Shown here one piece after another: positions 12,301-24,339 of a stretch of DNA of 64,000 nucleotides. The notes beneath the pieces are model-generated. The model was not told the origin of the DNA, searched no databases, and saw nothing but the letters and a program-made list of their open reading frames with translations. The translations under genes and the position numbers were made by a program. Position 1 is the stretch's first letter; the number at the start of each line of letters is the position of its first letter. Origin of the DNA: Ascidiella aspersa (taxonomy: Eukaryota); the NCBI GenBank assembly GCA_963924565.1, contig OZ004608.1, positions 4,526,001 to 4,590,000 on the forward strand, written 5' to 3'.

Positions 12301-15300
12301 CCCTTTCATAATGCTCGTACTCCTCGGGGTCAAAGGTGTCGGGGTCGTAGAAGCGATGGGTCAGGGCCCGGTCGACCGCATGAAGACAATCGAGCAGGGT
12401 GAGGTTGTAGGTGCAGGGGCCAAACGATGCATCCCTAAACCATAAGAATGCTATGGTGAACAAACCCTATACCCCAATTAGATAATAAATGTTAAGGTTG
12501 TGTATTAACCAAGCTTAGCCAAAATAATACTTATTTAAATAGGTCAAGGATATTTTAATTCATTAAGTTTTAGTACAAACGGTCAGGGAGATTTAGTTAC
12601 ATTACAATACAAAATTAAACAAAAACAAAGTTTACAGGGTTTTACGTTTATTTTCATAAATATTTATTACTTATTTTACAAACCTGAACGGAAGGTACGG
12701 AGGACTGCTCCCTGCCACTAGAGGGCGATATGCCTCCTCCGGAGTCCGTTTTAAGTGGATTATCTGTTGGAAGAAAACAAGATTTCAACAATAAGCTTTT
12801 GCAGTTGTAAAATCAAGGACAACAAATTTATGTATGTTTGTGTCAAGGAAAATAGAAGAATATTTTAGTTTAAATTTGGAATATCCAATAAAATTGTATT
12901 TTATTTTATATGAAGATTAGAAATACTTGACCAACTTCTGTGATATGAGCAACACATCTTAAACGGACTAAAAAACTACTGATAAGGCACTGAAATGATT
13001 TAAAAGCATGAGTCTTAGTATGTGATTTACATTAAAAATTCCTGATTAAATCAGATTAGTAAAGTAATGTGGTTTTACATTGTTATAAAGTGGTCCAATA
13101 CCAGAGCAGGACTAAGCAACCATTGTGTAAAAAAACTTGAACAAACCTGGAAAGCGCCAACAAGAAATGCAGCATTTGCCCTTTTCCTGGCATCAAACGA
13201 CGTGTAGTGAACAATCTTCTTCTTGGCCAGCGATATTGACTGAAAAATGAAATAGTAAACCCCATGTAACAAAATCAAACAATCAAGTGACAATGCAACA
13301 TGGTCAGGTTGTAAGGAGGGTGGTACATTTGTTGGTACATAATTGAGCGAAAGTGTGAGCGTCCACAATTACCAGGTGCTACATTGAAGGCAGCAATGTC
13401 ACTTTCCGGTGACAAATATTGTCACAAAGGGTCAAAGAAAGAAGTATGACGGCGAGTATCAGAATTATATAAAATGTAACAACTCAATATTCTGCACACA
13501 TATACACATATCGAGTTGTCGGGCAAATAAAAAAATCAGGGAAACATGAGAGAGCCGGGTTGGTGTGTTTGCTTGCCTTTAGCGGCGCTAATAAAGCCTC
13601 CACTCAAACTGAACACAGAACAAACAAAAGCCCGCTCCTGGTCGGCCAACAAAGCACAAACTGGGACCGAACAAAGGCAGCACACTTGGCAAGGTTACAA
13701 CCCCAGCCGTCGGCATCATTCACAAACGAATGGGCGGCTCATTTGCCCGGTTCTGAAGTGAAACAATTTGCGGCTTTGTTGTAACACTAGTCGAAATTGG
13801 CTATGATATGCCAAACTACCAGGCGCGATGTTTAAATGAAATCCAATCTGATTTGCTTTTGTTTCGTCAATACCAGGCATTCTCCACAGATGGTTTCTGG
13901 CATGCCACCGATGCTCCGAAAATAGCCATGGCTGCAAATAGTCCAAATCTTAATATGGAAACCTTGCTTCGTATTTGATTAAAAAAAACTTCAGGGCAAT
14001 TTAACAAACCAGCATTTCCAAACAGATTTTAAATTCAGTTACACCATTATTAAAATTTTTTTAAAGAAAATCATTACTTTATAAATCTATCTCCGGTTTA
14101 TTTAAATTGCAATTGATGTAAAAAATACATATCCCTATCCCTATGACAACAATAATTAATTTTACTCTAAGCTGTTTTTCTGAATTTCTGTTCGAAAGCA
14201 ACTCATAAACTATAGTTGAAGAAAACAACACCTCTTCGAATTTATTTTCAGAATAGTACCATGTTGGATAAATTTGTAATTAAGCATGCTATGTTGAATA
14301 AGTTTTTACTAAAGGAATTAAAATATATCTAGATTGTTCTAAGCAAAAACAGCTTTGTTATAAATAAAAACAAAAAAAATAAACTAAAGCAATATAATTT
14401 GCTATATAAACATTGCACCAAACTTGTAGACAAAGAATAAATAAAAACTTTTCTTGTTTTAAAAAACATAATAAACGTAAATAAATGAGGGGGTATAAAA
14501 AGGTTTCCCAGTAAACTACCAATAGTGAAAGATAAACAACCTAGATTTCCTTTAAACATAAAAAGGGGAAGGAAGTTTGTGTGTTATCGATCTCCTGCTT
14601 CCAACTACAAACTCAAGACCACTTAACATGGGACAAAACCGGGCAGGTCTTATCCACTTTTGATCAGCACAAAAGCCACAAAATTCAGGGCCACAGGCAC
14701 TTTAAATGCCAAACTGACTGGTCTGAGGGCCTACAAGTAGAGTTAAGGGGCACTGGAAAAAAAATTACCACTGGTTTTGAAGTAATTGTAACAGGGTTTA
14801 GCGCATTACTTTGGTATGTATGTGTGTGTGTGATATAGTTGCCGAACAATGCCGGCGCAAGACAAAATCGATACTTTTAAAGTAATCTTGGCACAATTGA
14901 TTTTGGGTTTAAATATTCATGAGTCCTTCCATTTATCACTTTGTTTAGAGTTCGCTGCTTTACTTCACAGTGAATTATAAATGACACCAAATTCTGAGGT
15001 TAGCATAATGAAAAAATTCCACCAAAATGTAGGATTAGCATTTGTTGCTAATCTTACATATAAAAAAAAAATGAATTTGAACATTTATAGATAATACTTA
15101 CCTTCAACTTTCGGTTCACTTTGCTGCAGTATCGATGTAATTGGGCAAGGTTTAGAGGTCCAAAGTCAGCATAAAAGCTAAAACAATTAATAAACCAAAT
15201 TTGCATAATCTCATAAAATGATCCGAAGAACATTGGTGACAAAAAATGATAAGCTTCCATAGTGAAATAATGACTTTGGGTACTAACACAAAAAATGAAT

Positions 15301-16827
15301 TTTGAAAAATATTGACTTAAACAAGGGGATCAATGTAATGAAGACATTCTGTTGGAACTGGGTTGTCACACAGTTTTATGAAAAATATCAAAAGACATTA
15401 AAAAAAAAGATTTTTTAAAGAAAATTTATAGATTTTGCAAGGATCTTTAATATAATTTGAAAACAATAGAGTAAAATACCATGGTCAACACAATAAAAAA
15501 TAGTTATCATTGTTTTTTCAACTACAATTACTGAATACATAACTTTAAGCTAAACATAAAATAAATTCACAGAACATATGTTTTTTTATAGACTTTTAAA
15601 TACACAAACCAAACTTTGTGGCAACCCTATAGAATTTGTACAATAACAGTTCCACACATACAGTGTATACGATCAATACAGCAGCTTACTTTTCATAAAT
15701 GAGCTCATCATCGACTGAGAAGTAGTGAGTGTGAGTTGTGCTCTTTGGTTTGTTTCTCAGGGTGGCCAGGTAAAATTGATCTGAAAAGTATTGTATTCAT
15801 TTATACTGAACTTTCCACAATTGTAACTTTTGTCAGATAGACTTTTACATTTCATCCAAGTAAAAACAAATTTAAAAATGCCATATCAAAATTTTCATTG
15901 AGCCTAAAAATTTCCTCAGCTTCTAATATTTTACAAGCACAATTAAAAGTCATAATCCCAACTAAAAATATTTTAATACAACAATCAAGAACTTGAGTGA
16001 ACAATCTGAGCCGAGTACTTAATGGTTCAATAATAATAATAATAATGTGATATCATATAGTTGAACACAGACTACCCTTAGATGACCTTAATGATGTAAT
16101 GTATAATATCATAATCTTATTACCAAGTGATTAGCCATATAAACCAAGCAAAGAAGTGACATCATACATATCTAGCAATCAAGTAATATTGCTTAATAAG
16201 TACATACATTTACATACAACACTTGTTTCTTTAAATTTATAAAAACAACTTTAGCCCTTATTAAAATGTCTAAATGGTGTGGTGAAGAATACAATGGTTT
16301 CATGGTAACAGAAATTTTATGCTAAAAATTGCACACTTTTACTATAGATTCAAACGCAGTTTAGATAAAATTTCCAAACCCCGGATTTGGCTGAAATGTA
16401 ACCAATTATCCAACTAGAAGTATTAAGTTCGACAACAACTAAAGAGCAAGTCCAAATATACAAAAATGTGTGTTCGTACAACCGTCACATACGCTTTGAT
16501 ACCCTTATAAAAATATTTTAACAGTTATTTAAATAAAGCTAAAACCACTTTCATAGATAACCTAAAATTTTAATTTTAATTCAAAGATAAAGAATTAACC
16601 AACAGAAAAATCATCAATATATGTCAACCTTTAATAACTTCAGCGGCGCTGACTAAGTCGCTGTCATCGCTGCCGAAGGTATGGTTGTCCCTTCTGGCGA
16701 GCGCGGCAGAGGTGATGGTTTCCAAGGCGTCCCTCTTCATTGAGTACTTTGCATTCGACAGTTCGGTTGCAGTAGGCTGCTGTTGATCGGCGATGTGCAT
16801 ATGCTTCAGGGCAGAAGCCAAATACAT
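344..16827 (-). CDS. CDC14: CDC14 family dual-specificity protein phosphatase (CDC14A/B-like), spliced; 3' end runs off the left edge
   Basis: Coding exons in transcript order, all GT-AG and phase-consistent: 16827-16629, 15780-15690, 15177-15102, 13239-13147, 12763-12684, 12434-12217, 10619-10513, 8483-8360, 2312-2174, 1785-1563, 459-344. Motifs: [49 protein letters not shown], catalytic HCK|[24 protein letters not shown]. The start ATG at 16827 has an in-frame stop just upstream but is less certain than the internal exons. Confidence 0.95.
2174..2312 (-). CDS. CDC14: CDC14 exon carrying AGLGRTG, the second half of the CX5R catalytic loop
   Basis: cag|CT GGC CTG GGT CGC ACC GGT ... GAA GA|gtaagt; reads (A)[45 protein letters not shown]. 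Confidence 0.95.
8360..8483 (-). CDS. CDC14: CDC14 exon with the general-acid Asp (DGSTP) and catalytic HCK
   Basis: cag|GAT GCG GGG TTC ... CAT TGC AAA G|gtacgt; reads [41 protein letters not shown]. Confidence 0.95.
9248..9645 (+). repeat. Diverged direct duplication of ~150 bp (9248-9395 vs 9493-9645)
   Basis: Both copies begin aataggcacattt, share ttatc..ccc..aaaacac and end gtggtgtg..ca.tgta. Confidence 0.6.
10157..10358. mobile_element. MITE-like element with ~50-bp terminal inverted repeats enclosing a tRNA-like sequence
   Basis: TA|CACCGAAAGCCATCGCAGACTCACCGAATCTGTTGATCATGATGCAAGCA ... TGCTTGCATCATTGATCAACAAATTCGGTGAGTCTGCGATGGCTTTCGGTG|TA; TA flanks suggest a Tc1/mariner-type TSD. 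Confidence 0.75.
10213..10286 (+). pseudogene. tRNA-derived (pseudo-tRNA / SINE-head) sequence with A and B boxes
   Basis: GCCCGTG-TA-GCTC AGTTGGTA GAGC-GA-CGGTC CCGGTGT GACCG-GAGGCC-GTGAG TTCTAAC CTCAC-TGCAGGC. The D, anticodon and T stems pair; the acceptor stem is imperfect and there is no U33. Confidence 0.65.
12137..12166 (-). repeat. tRNA-like T-arm / B-box fragment (possible SINE remnant)
   Basis: Reverse complement reads gggtcgtcGGTTCGAATCCcaccgtagga; no recognisable 5' half. Confidence 0.35.
12217..12434 (-). CDS. CDC14: CDC14 exon (DSPn domain and acidic linker)
   Basis: Reads [72 protein letters not shown], with tag| and |gtaatt boundaries. Confidence 0.95.
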
Positions 16828-16888
16828 CGGATTCACAGGGCCTTGCTAACGGGTGAAGGCTCTCGGTTATTAGACTATTAAACGCGAC

Positions 16889-16908
16889 TGTGTGTGTGTG
16901 TGTGTGTG
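16889..16908. repeat. (TG)10 microsatellite upstream of the CDC14 start codon
   Basis: tgtgtgtgtgtgtgtgtgtg. Confidence 0.85.
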
Positions 16909-17552
16909 GCTTGACAGGACAAAACCAAAAATTGCACAAGTAAAATGTCTATAGCACCAGCAGCAGGCCACACCTATATTTGTCGATTGAAATAAAAAAG
17001 TAGCCTTAAAAGTCACTTATTTTGAAATTTGCTTACATTTAATTTGCCAAGCGGAATTCTGTTCTGTTAGCCTTAGCCATGGTGGATTTTTTTGTCCTGC
17101 TCTTTCATAAGTCGACTGGGATTAAATCAGGAATTTAATACAAATAAGGAACTAAAAATTAAATAATACCTCTCCTGATGCTGATACTACACTAACTCAA
17201 GTCTGTGGGGGGACGCTAGTGTTACCACAACCATGAAACTGCGTGAAATGCTGTAGCAATTTTTTAAACGCAGAACGAAAATGTATATTTACTCCGAACT
17301 CCGGTTTAATACGTATTTTTGCAATGTGCTGATTGTAATAAACGGGACAATTTTAAACGTTATAAATGAATTAATTGCACTTGCATTTAAAAAAAAACGA
17401 AATTCTTATCTCAAACAAACCGGCCGAACTGACTTGAATGCAAAGCTATTTTAAAATAGGCTAATACGTTTTTTAAATTTTTCGCAAACGCGCAAGCCAA
17501 TTTTTTTTAAACTTCTTACTGCACTAAATTTAGTTTTTTTGATTTAACTTAC

Positions 17553-17735
17553 CTGGAATTCATCATTCGATCTCACTTGCTCTCAACTCAATAACATTCT
17601 CTACTCATCCGCAAATTGACTCAACAAGAAATCGATAGAAGAACTGTATTTTTTAGGCCACATATTCAATTTTATTTTGTAGTGAAAGTTCATCAAGCGT
17701 GTCCACTATGTGGTCACGTGACAATTTAAACCAAT
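17553..17735 (-). promoter_or_regulatory. Candidate upstream first exon and promoter of CDC14
   Basis: Perfect donor CAG|GTAAGT at 17553/17552; palindromic E-box GTCACGTGAC at 17713-17722; CCAAT at 17731-17735. Confidence 0.35.
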
Positions 17736-18141
17736 CCTTGCGCTCCTTGAATACGTTTCTACAGCAACCGAGATTCCCACCACTTTCACTTGTAAAAGTT
17801 TCTATGTATTTAAATCATAGCTGGAATATATCAAGTTAAAAGAAAAAAAACTTTCCACCACATAAGAATTCACTGTTTTTTCTAAATCAAAACAACTTAT
17901 ACAACAAATCAAAACTAATAAAAGATAATTTTACATAACCCGGCGCAATTTTACACAACTTTTTACGCCTTGGGCGATTTATAGTTCATTTTGAATACGA
18001 CATGCATCACTCCGTTTTGAAAATCGTTCAACCTAAAGCGCAAACCGGTACAGGGCACCATCTAAAATTAAAAATTGCCCAACCTTAATTTAAAAAACGA
18101 TAAAATTTATCGCGGTTCTTAAAAATAGACTGATTAGTTAA

Positions 18142-18590
18142 CCTTTCCGAAGGCATTCGACGTACTATACAATGCGTAGCCTAGCGTCATATCTTTTTTA
18201 GACTGTAGGATTACCGGGATTTAATCACAGAATATACACATTGTGTATATGAATTTTTGCTAAATACGGCTATTCAAATAATGTTGTGTGTACGAACAGG
18301 GTGCAGTAGGCAACGGTGGTATTGTCGTTTCCCGGCCAACTCACACAGACCCTGCATACTTGGGTCGGTAAAGCGAAGTCCCGCGATGGCCGAGGACGTG
18401 AATTCGAACTACACAGCAGGCTAGTTTTTTTTCCGATCTTGGCTTTGCTTGCACTATAATCCTGACCAGGCTGATTGATTTCGATGAGCCTTTCGGAAGG
18501 CATCTGACGTAATGTGTAGCCTACTGCCTACCGTTATCGTTTATTTGTACGACATCAGAGGAAGTTGATCACAAATATACACATTCTGTG
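18142..18590 (+). repeat. Diverged direct repeats of ~100 bp (18142-18246 vs 18489-18590) in the CDC14-RPL37 intergenic region
   Basis: Shared cctttc.gaaggcat..gacgta, aatg.gtagccta and atcaca..aatatacacatt. Confidence 0.6.
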
Positions 18591-19612
18591 TAAAGTTATT
18601 TCGGTTTTTTAAAGTAGTTTATTTGCACCTTTTCGACGATCCTAATTTTATATTTGAAAAACCTTTTCTTATATTTGGGCTGGCACATTGAGATCTCTTA
18701 AATTCAGTCATAGGACTTTAGAAGGGCTTATTCACTATAAATACAAACTCTTTGTATGACTGTTTTGTTTTTTAAAAGTACTTTAAAAACACCTTTTCAA
18801 ATATTTTAAGTGTTGTTTTTCTAACATTTTCGCTTATTCTTAGGTTGGCGCAAAACTATCTATGAGATTGATTCTTGCGTTACTTGCGATCCTGGCCTAC
18901 CTGCTTATTTTAAAAGACATCAATTGATCTAATTTATTTGCAATCAGTAGGCTAGACTGTTTGAAACATGGCTATTATATTTGAAGGAAAACCAAGATGA
19001 ATGCAATGAATGTCGTTTTCGTTTACGTGAATTGTTTAACGTGGTTCCTGTCAACCTAAAACAGCTTTTTATCGCCCTGAAAACTTGTTTTAATTATTAT
19101 CAAATATCCTCATGTTTATATATTCCAATATATCAAGCAATGCGCAATTTTTTTTGTCTGTTGGGTTTGCATGTAAATTGAAAGTTGGTCATTTAAAACC
19201 TAAAAAAAATTGTTCTTTGTCGCTATCTACCGGAAGTATTTATACTCGGTTTTAGTTGCAATGGTGTTGTATTAATTCAACTAAAACAACAAGGTTTTAA
19301 GGTTGCAAACTAACATGCTGTATGACGACTCGTTACGACTTAATTTTGCGACGGTATTTCTTTAAGGCTTCTTGCCAAATAAAAATCATGGGTCTACACA
19401 TGACCTGAAACCGATTTACATATTATCAGTAATAAAAGTTATCTACATAAATACTATGAAGAAGTTTTATAGCTAAATATAAATATATCAAAACACAGAA
19501 GCGCCTTAAATTTACTTCTGTAAACCAATATATGTTTTTTGAGTGCAAGAAAAATGACATTTAGTATTAAGACCGGTTACCAGTAAACCGGTGACGAGAA
19601 ATAGAAATCTTG

Positions 19613-19651
19613 CTTCTCTGTTCTCTTTTTTTCTCATCCTGGCCAGTAAAC
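19613..19651 (+). promoter_or_regulatory. TCT-motif / 5'TOP pyrimidine tract at the RPL37 transcription start
   Basis: cttctctgttctCtttttttctcatcc lies just upstream of the ATG (19652); ETS/GABP-like CCGGAAGT at 19230-19237; both are typical of ribosomal protein promoters. Confidence 0.75.
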
Positions 19652-22091
19652 ATGGTACGTTGTGTAATTTCGGACAAAATCTGCAATAATCCTACTTATA
19701 TTACGATAAAACTGTATTTAAATGCTTTAGAATTGGTTCATAAGCATTAAGGAAGATAGTAATGTTGAAAATTAGCAGAAGGGATATTTGCAAAAGTAGA
19801 GAAATTTTATTTGGAAGTGTCAGCTTTTTACGTTACGATAAGCTAAGATTCAGCCAATATTGTTGGCGGATGTGTGTTCGTTATTATGTTTTTTAGTTCG
19901 TAAGGCTATTCAGCAATATGTTGTAGCAGTAATTTTTGTTCTAGTCGTACAAAATTTATCTAAAAGGTATTAGTTTGTAAATCGACAATTCGAAAAAAAT
20001 GTCTTCGTAGCTCGATTTACAATAACACAACTGTTAGATATGTTGTTGAAATATTGTATGCATAGTTAATACTCAAAAGAAAGATTTACAGTAATTATTG
20101 GTAAAAAGTTTAGATTAAATTTATTTAAATGTAAACAAAGGGCTAGAAACAGTAAACTTCAATTCCGTCACGTCACGTATTAATTTCTAAGAAGAGTTGA
20201 GCGGTGTTACAAGCAATGCAGACCTAAATAGCATGTGGAAACATTGTTGAGTAAAAAGCAATACTTATAGCTGTTTGCTTTAACAAATAGCATACTGTAG
20301 TGAAACTAAAGTAATATAAATATGTCATAAAAATGGGTATTGGCTAGAGTTTCTGCCTATTTAGTTACAAAAACTGAAGCTAAGTTGCTATAACAATAAA
20401 TATACACTGAACTATTTTTAAATGATAAGTTTTAAAATTATTGCCGAAACATATTGTTTTACAAAGTGAACACACATTTAACTTTGTTATGCATTTTTGT
20501 GCAGACTAAGGGAACATCGAGTTTTGGAAAGCGGCATAACAAGACACATACCTTGTGTCGCCGCACCGGTAGATCAAACTACCACATCCAAAAGAAAAAG
20601 TCTGCCAAGATGAGTGAATGTAAGTTATTCTGTTCATTTGTTCAAATTTATACAACAGGGCTTGTGATATCGTGGTTGCGCTCATTGGCATTATTTGTAG
20701 CAAGTGGCTCGTAGTTCCATTGTATACTCCAAAAATAGTATTGTAAATTCAATAGGCCATTCCATCAATATTTTACGCCAATTTGGTCATAGGCGATAAC
20801 CACACCAAGACATTTAACGGGAAGAAACTGGGAATGCATATTCAACTATGCTAGTCACATTTTGAATGTAGCTTGGGATTTGGATCGCATTCCACAGCCC
20901 TTTTGCCAAATATATCTTGGAGTGGAATGATTGCCCAAAACTATGCCATTAAGACCATTTGGCAGGAAATGTGCATTTACAATAAAAAATAAGCAGTCTT
21001 TTGCATGTATATGTAGTCCTATTTTAGGACTTTTTCAATCAAGTTTAGTAGAATATTTGGCCAAACAAAAGTAGGATTTTGACAAAAAAAAAGTTGGCAC
21101 AAATCTCTAGCGGCTGCAGGTTGTATAATGCATTTGTATGTTAGTTTGTGGCACTGGCAGATGTGTTGGGTACGTCTGTTAGATTGAAAAAAATATAGTT
21201 TAGAATTTAAAAGGTCTGACCAATACACTACAATCTTGTAATCTTGTTTCAGTCAATTGGTCTCGCAAGGCAAAGAGGAGACGTACAACTGGAACCGGAA
21301 GAATGCGTCATCTTAAACTTGTTAACAGGCGATTCCAGTAAGTAGCAGCTTGCTATTGAATTTATTTAATCAATTTTTCTCCTATTGCGTAACTATCTTA
21401 TGTACTTCAACCCTGCAAAAAAATTACATTTATTACTTAAATATTAAATATTACAATTTCCAATGTTTTTCTTACCTTTAATTTTTTTTGGTATAGCAAT
21501 TTGGAACACATTATCTTACAAGTATAGCAAGTCTTACAGCGGCAGATTAAATTTCCCTAATCGTAAACTGTTTTACAATTGCGCAGTTGACAAAAAGACT
21601 GCTTTCCAAAAACTCCAAAGCTAAAATTTGTCTGGCTCAAATGTAGAACACTGGTCTAGACCCTTTGGGGTACATGGACAAGTTTAATTAGGGTCTATGA
21701 AGGACCAATTAAAACGTTTAATGTGTAAATTGAAAAATGTAATTTGATTTTCAAGAAAAAACAAATTGACAGTTCTATGGCGCCTTGATGTATTTAGAGT
21801 TTAGACTACTTCATTTCTCTTTTGTTGGACTAAAAACAGCAGTTTTTTAGTCTACCCGTTTAATTATGTCATCTCCAAACACTGATCCACAGTCATGCGA
21901 ACCAACAAAAATGTTAATTGCAGCTGCGTTAAAATAATTTTAACAACCCCTGGTCTAGAGCAATTTAGTAGAATATATATATTCTCTCTTTATGTCTTTG
22001 TGTGATGTTCAAATGTATTATTTGCAGCAACGGATTCCGTGAGGGACAGACCCCCAAGCCAAGACAAAGCAAGTCGCAGGCAAAAGCATGA
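19652..22091 (+). CDS. RPL37: 60S ribosomal protein L37 (eL37), 88 aa, variant lacking the zinc finger
   Basis: Exons 19652-19654 (ATG only), 20505-20619, 21253-21337, 22028-22091 (TGA); 267 nt. Protein: [88 protein letters not shown]. Confidence 0.95.
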
Positions 22092-22137
22092 AACAGCAGC
22101 AACTCCAAGATGAGCAATGTTGATTCGTTTGATTGCC

Positions 22138-22143
22138 AATAAA
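22138..22143 (+). terminator. Polyadenylation signal of RPL37
   Basis: AATAAA 46 nt after the stop, followed by a GT/T-rich tract (ctctgttgttgt). Confidence 0.75.
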
Positions 22144-22524
22144 ATTTCAACCCTCATCTCTCTGTTGTTGTATTAGGACTTTTGAAAACCAGCGTGTGTA
22201 ATAACTGACACTTAAAGGCCATTTTGCAAAAAAGTTTGGCTTTGAACTATTATTAAAAATAAGGTTATTATAAATATACAGCAATTCACTCAAAGAAGGC
22301 GTCTTTCACTTACCAGCCAACAATACATTGAATGGAAAGTATTCCACCATATGCTGTTCCAAATTTACAGTTTGCTGCGTCCTCTAGGTTTAAATCTTGG
22401 TACTGCGTCCGCCGGTTTCGAATTGTCTTATAGCCCTGATTTACGTTATGATTGTTAATCAAATTGGTTCTAACGCAAACCCTTCATAATACTCGAGCAC
22501 GAATCGCAAAACCTCGTTTTAGTC

Positions 22525-23265
22525 CAGGAGTCGGCAACCTTATTCTAGTCGCGGGCCCAAACTAAACTCAGAAAGGTCTTTGCGGGCCGCACAAAATGAT
22601 AACTAAGAATTGTATTATTGAAATGTTAAAACAACTGTGAATCAGGTGGGGCTCGGGTTTTTTGTATTTAAAAACGTGCTTAATTACATTTACAGGGGCC
22701 GTAAAGCGTTGACGCAAAGCGCGAAAAAAGCGTTTGTTTGGTTTAAAATTTGAGTTCACACGTTCGTCATCCATACTACTAATAAAAAGTGTAATAAAAC
22801 TATTTTGAGGAACGCGATTACATTTAAAGTTAATTTAGCTCAGGGTTTGTTAACCTTTTCAAGTCTAGGCAAACCTGGCGAGCGAAGCGAGCGCGATTTT
22901 TTTGGGTGGTTACACCGGTATTTCTTTTAATTTCTAGCAAGTTTTTATTACAATGCAGAAAATAAAAATAAGAAAATGTTTAAAAATGTCCAATATTTTT
23001 TAATACGTTTTCGGTTTTTCGCGACACGGTAAAAATCGCTGGTCTAGTTACAAAGGCAGCATCTAAGCGTAAACAAACCGGACGTAGAATAAGCACTCGC
23101 GCGAAGCGCGAAAATTTTTCGCAATTAGGTAGTTTAAATAGTCGTTTGTGAAATAGAAAAGTTTGTGAAATAGACTTGTGTCTAATTTGTCAAAGAGGCG
23201 GCGGGCCGGATGAATTCCATCGGCGGGCCGGATCCGGCCCGCGGGCCGTAGGTTGCCGACCCCTG
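22525..23265. mobile_element. Non-autonomous hAT (Charlie-like) MITE
   Basis: TIRs CAGGAGTCGGCAACCT / AGGTTGCCGACCCCTG; perfect 8-bp TSD TTTTAGTC (22517-22524, 23266-23273); GGCCCGC subterminal motifs. Confidence 0.9.
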
Positions 23266-24231
23266 TTTTAGTCCATTGGCCCAAAATTGATTCGCCTGGC
23301 GGAATCACTCATCTCGTAATAATGGTATTTGTTTCCAAAAAGCTTTGTCGCGAATCTTGCGAGAATTAATAGTCTTACGATTATTTATAATTAGCTTCCT
23401 ACCAAACTGTGGAGTAAAATACCACTACCTGTTGTTACGCATACTTTTCCGTTAGGTGGTGTACCGGAGCAGTATTTGTTTCTTAATGAACCACATCTTT
23501 TTTCTAATAAATCTATTTAAATATAGCTATGAAAACATTCAGGGTATAAATGTCCATTAATAACGGATTGAAGCCGATACCCGACGCCAAGCGGTGGCAT
23601 CTGGGGCAATAACATTTTAATGGGAATTTTAACCATGATTTGCAAACGCATAATTTTTAACTTACAAAGTAAAATTACTAAAAACTGTAGTTTACGAACT
23701 GAAGGCAGCTACACTTTAAACTGAAGAAGATTTCGCTTTAATAACCAAACAAAAGTTACCTTTGAATGTTTCGCTTTTATCAATTTTTCCTATTTGAGCG
23801 TAGCAGTAACAATAAAATATCGGCTATATATGTATATATATATATATACGTATTTATATCGGGTATAGTTATCAGAATAAAATGTCGAGTATTGGACATC
23901 CCTATCGACTCACTAACACCAAAATGGTAACTTTACTTAGTTTAAGGCCAAGTGCGTAACGCGCGACAGCTGGCAGCAACCACAGCCAAATATTGGGTAA
24001 CTTTTTACAGTAATCGACAAGCTCCTAGAGCTAATATAGACGTGGCGCGACACTGCTTCTATATCGGTACTCAAACATTAGAGGATCACGCGATTCGCTT
24101 TAAACAATGTGGGACAAATAACTAGCCACACAGGGGCATAAATTAGGATGAGGGTAGGAGAAGGGTGTTATCTTATACGTTTCAAAAACACACAGAAATA
24201 ACCGCTTCAAGGTATTACATTCTTATATACT

Positions 24232-24339
24232 GTGACCAGGGATGACTTCTTATATAACGTGGTCAGGGGCGACTTCTTATATAACGTGGTCAGGGGCGAC
24301 TTCTTATATAACGTGGTCAGGGGCGGCTTCTTATATAAC
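24232..24339 (+). repeat. Minisatellite, 4 x 27 bp (GTGGTCAGGGGCGACTTCTTATATAAC)
   Basis: Four head-to-tail units, the middle two identical; no spacers. Confidence 0.9.

Noticed and set aside
18345-18410. SINE central-domain-like segment between the 18142/18489 direct repeats, or a mini-LTR element
   Set aside because: Similarity is too weak; there are no TG..CA ends, PBS, PPT or TSD.
20620-21252. A snoRNA, or a 21-nt micro-exon restoring the missing RPL37 residues, in intron 2
   Set aside because: By eye I found no convincing C/D or H/ACA box arrangement and no AG-21nt-GT unit encoding CxxC; an Infernal scan is still needed.
19652-22091. RPL37 as a processed or decayed pseudogene
   Set aside because: Three introns with canonical sites, an intact frame, TOP tract and polyA signal are present, and changes are concentrated in the zinc site. 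A young unprocessed pseudogene cannot be formally excluded without expression data.
24232-24339. CRISPR-like array
   Set aside because: Head-to-tail repeats with no spacers, in eukaryotic context and with no cas genes.
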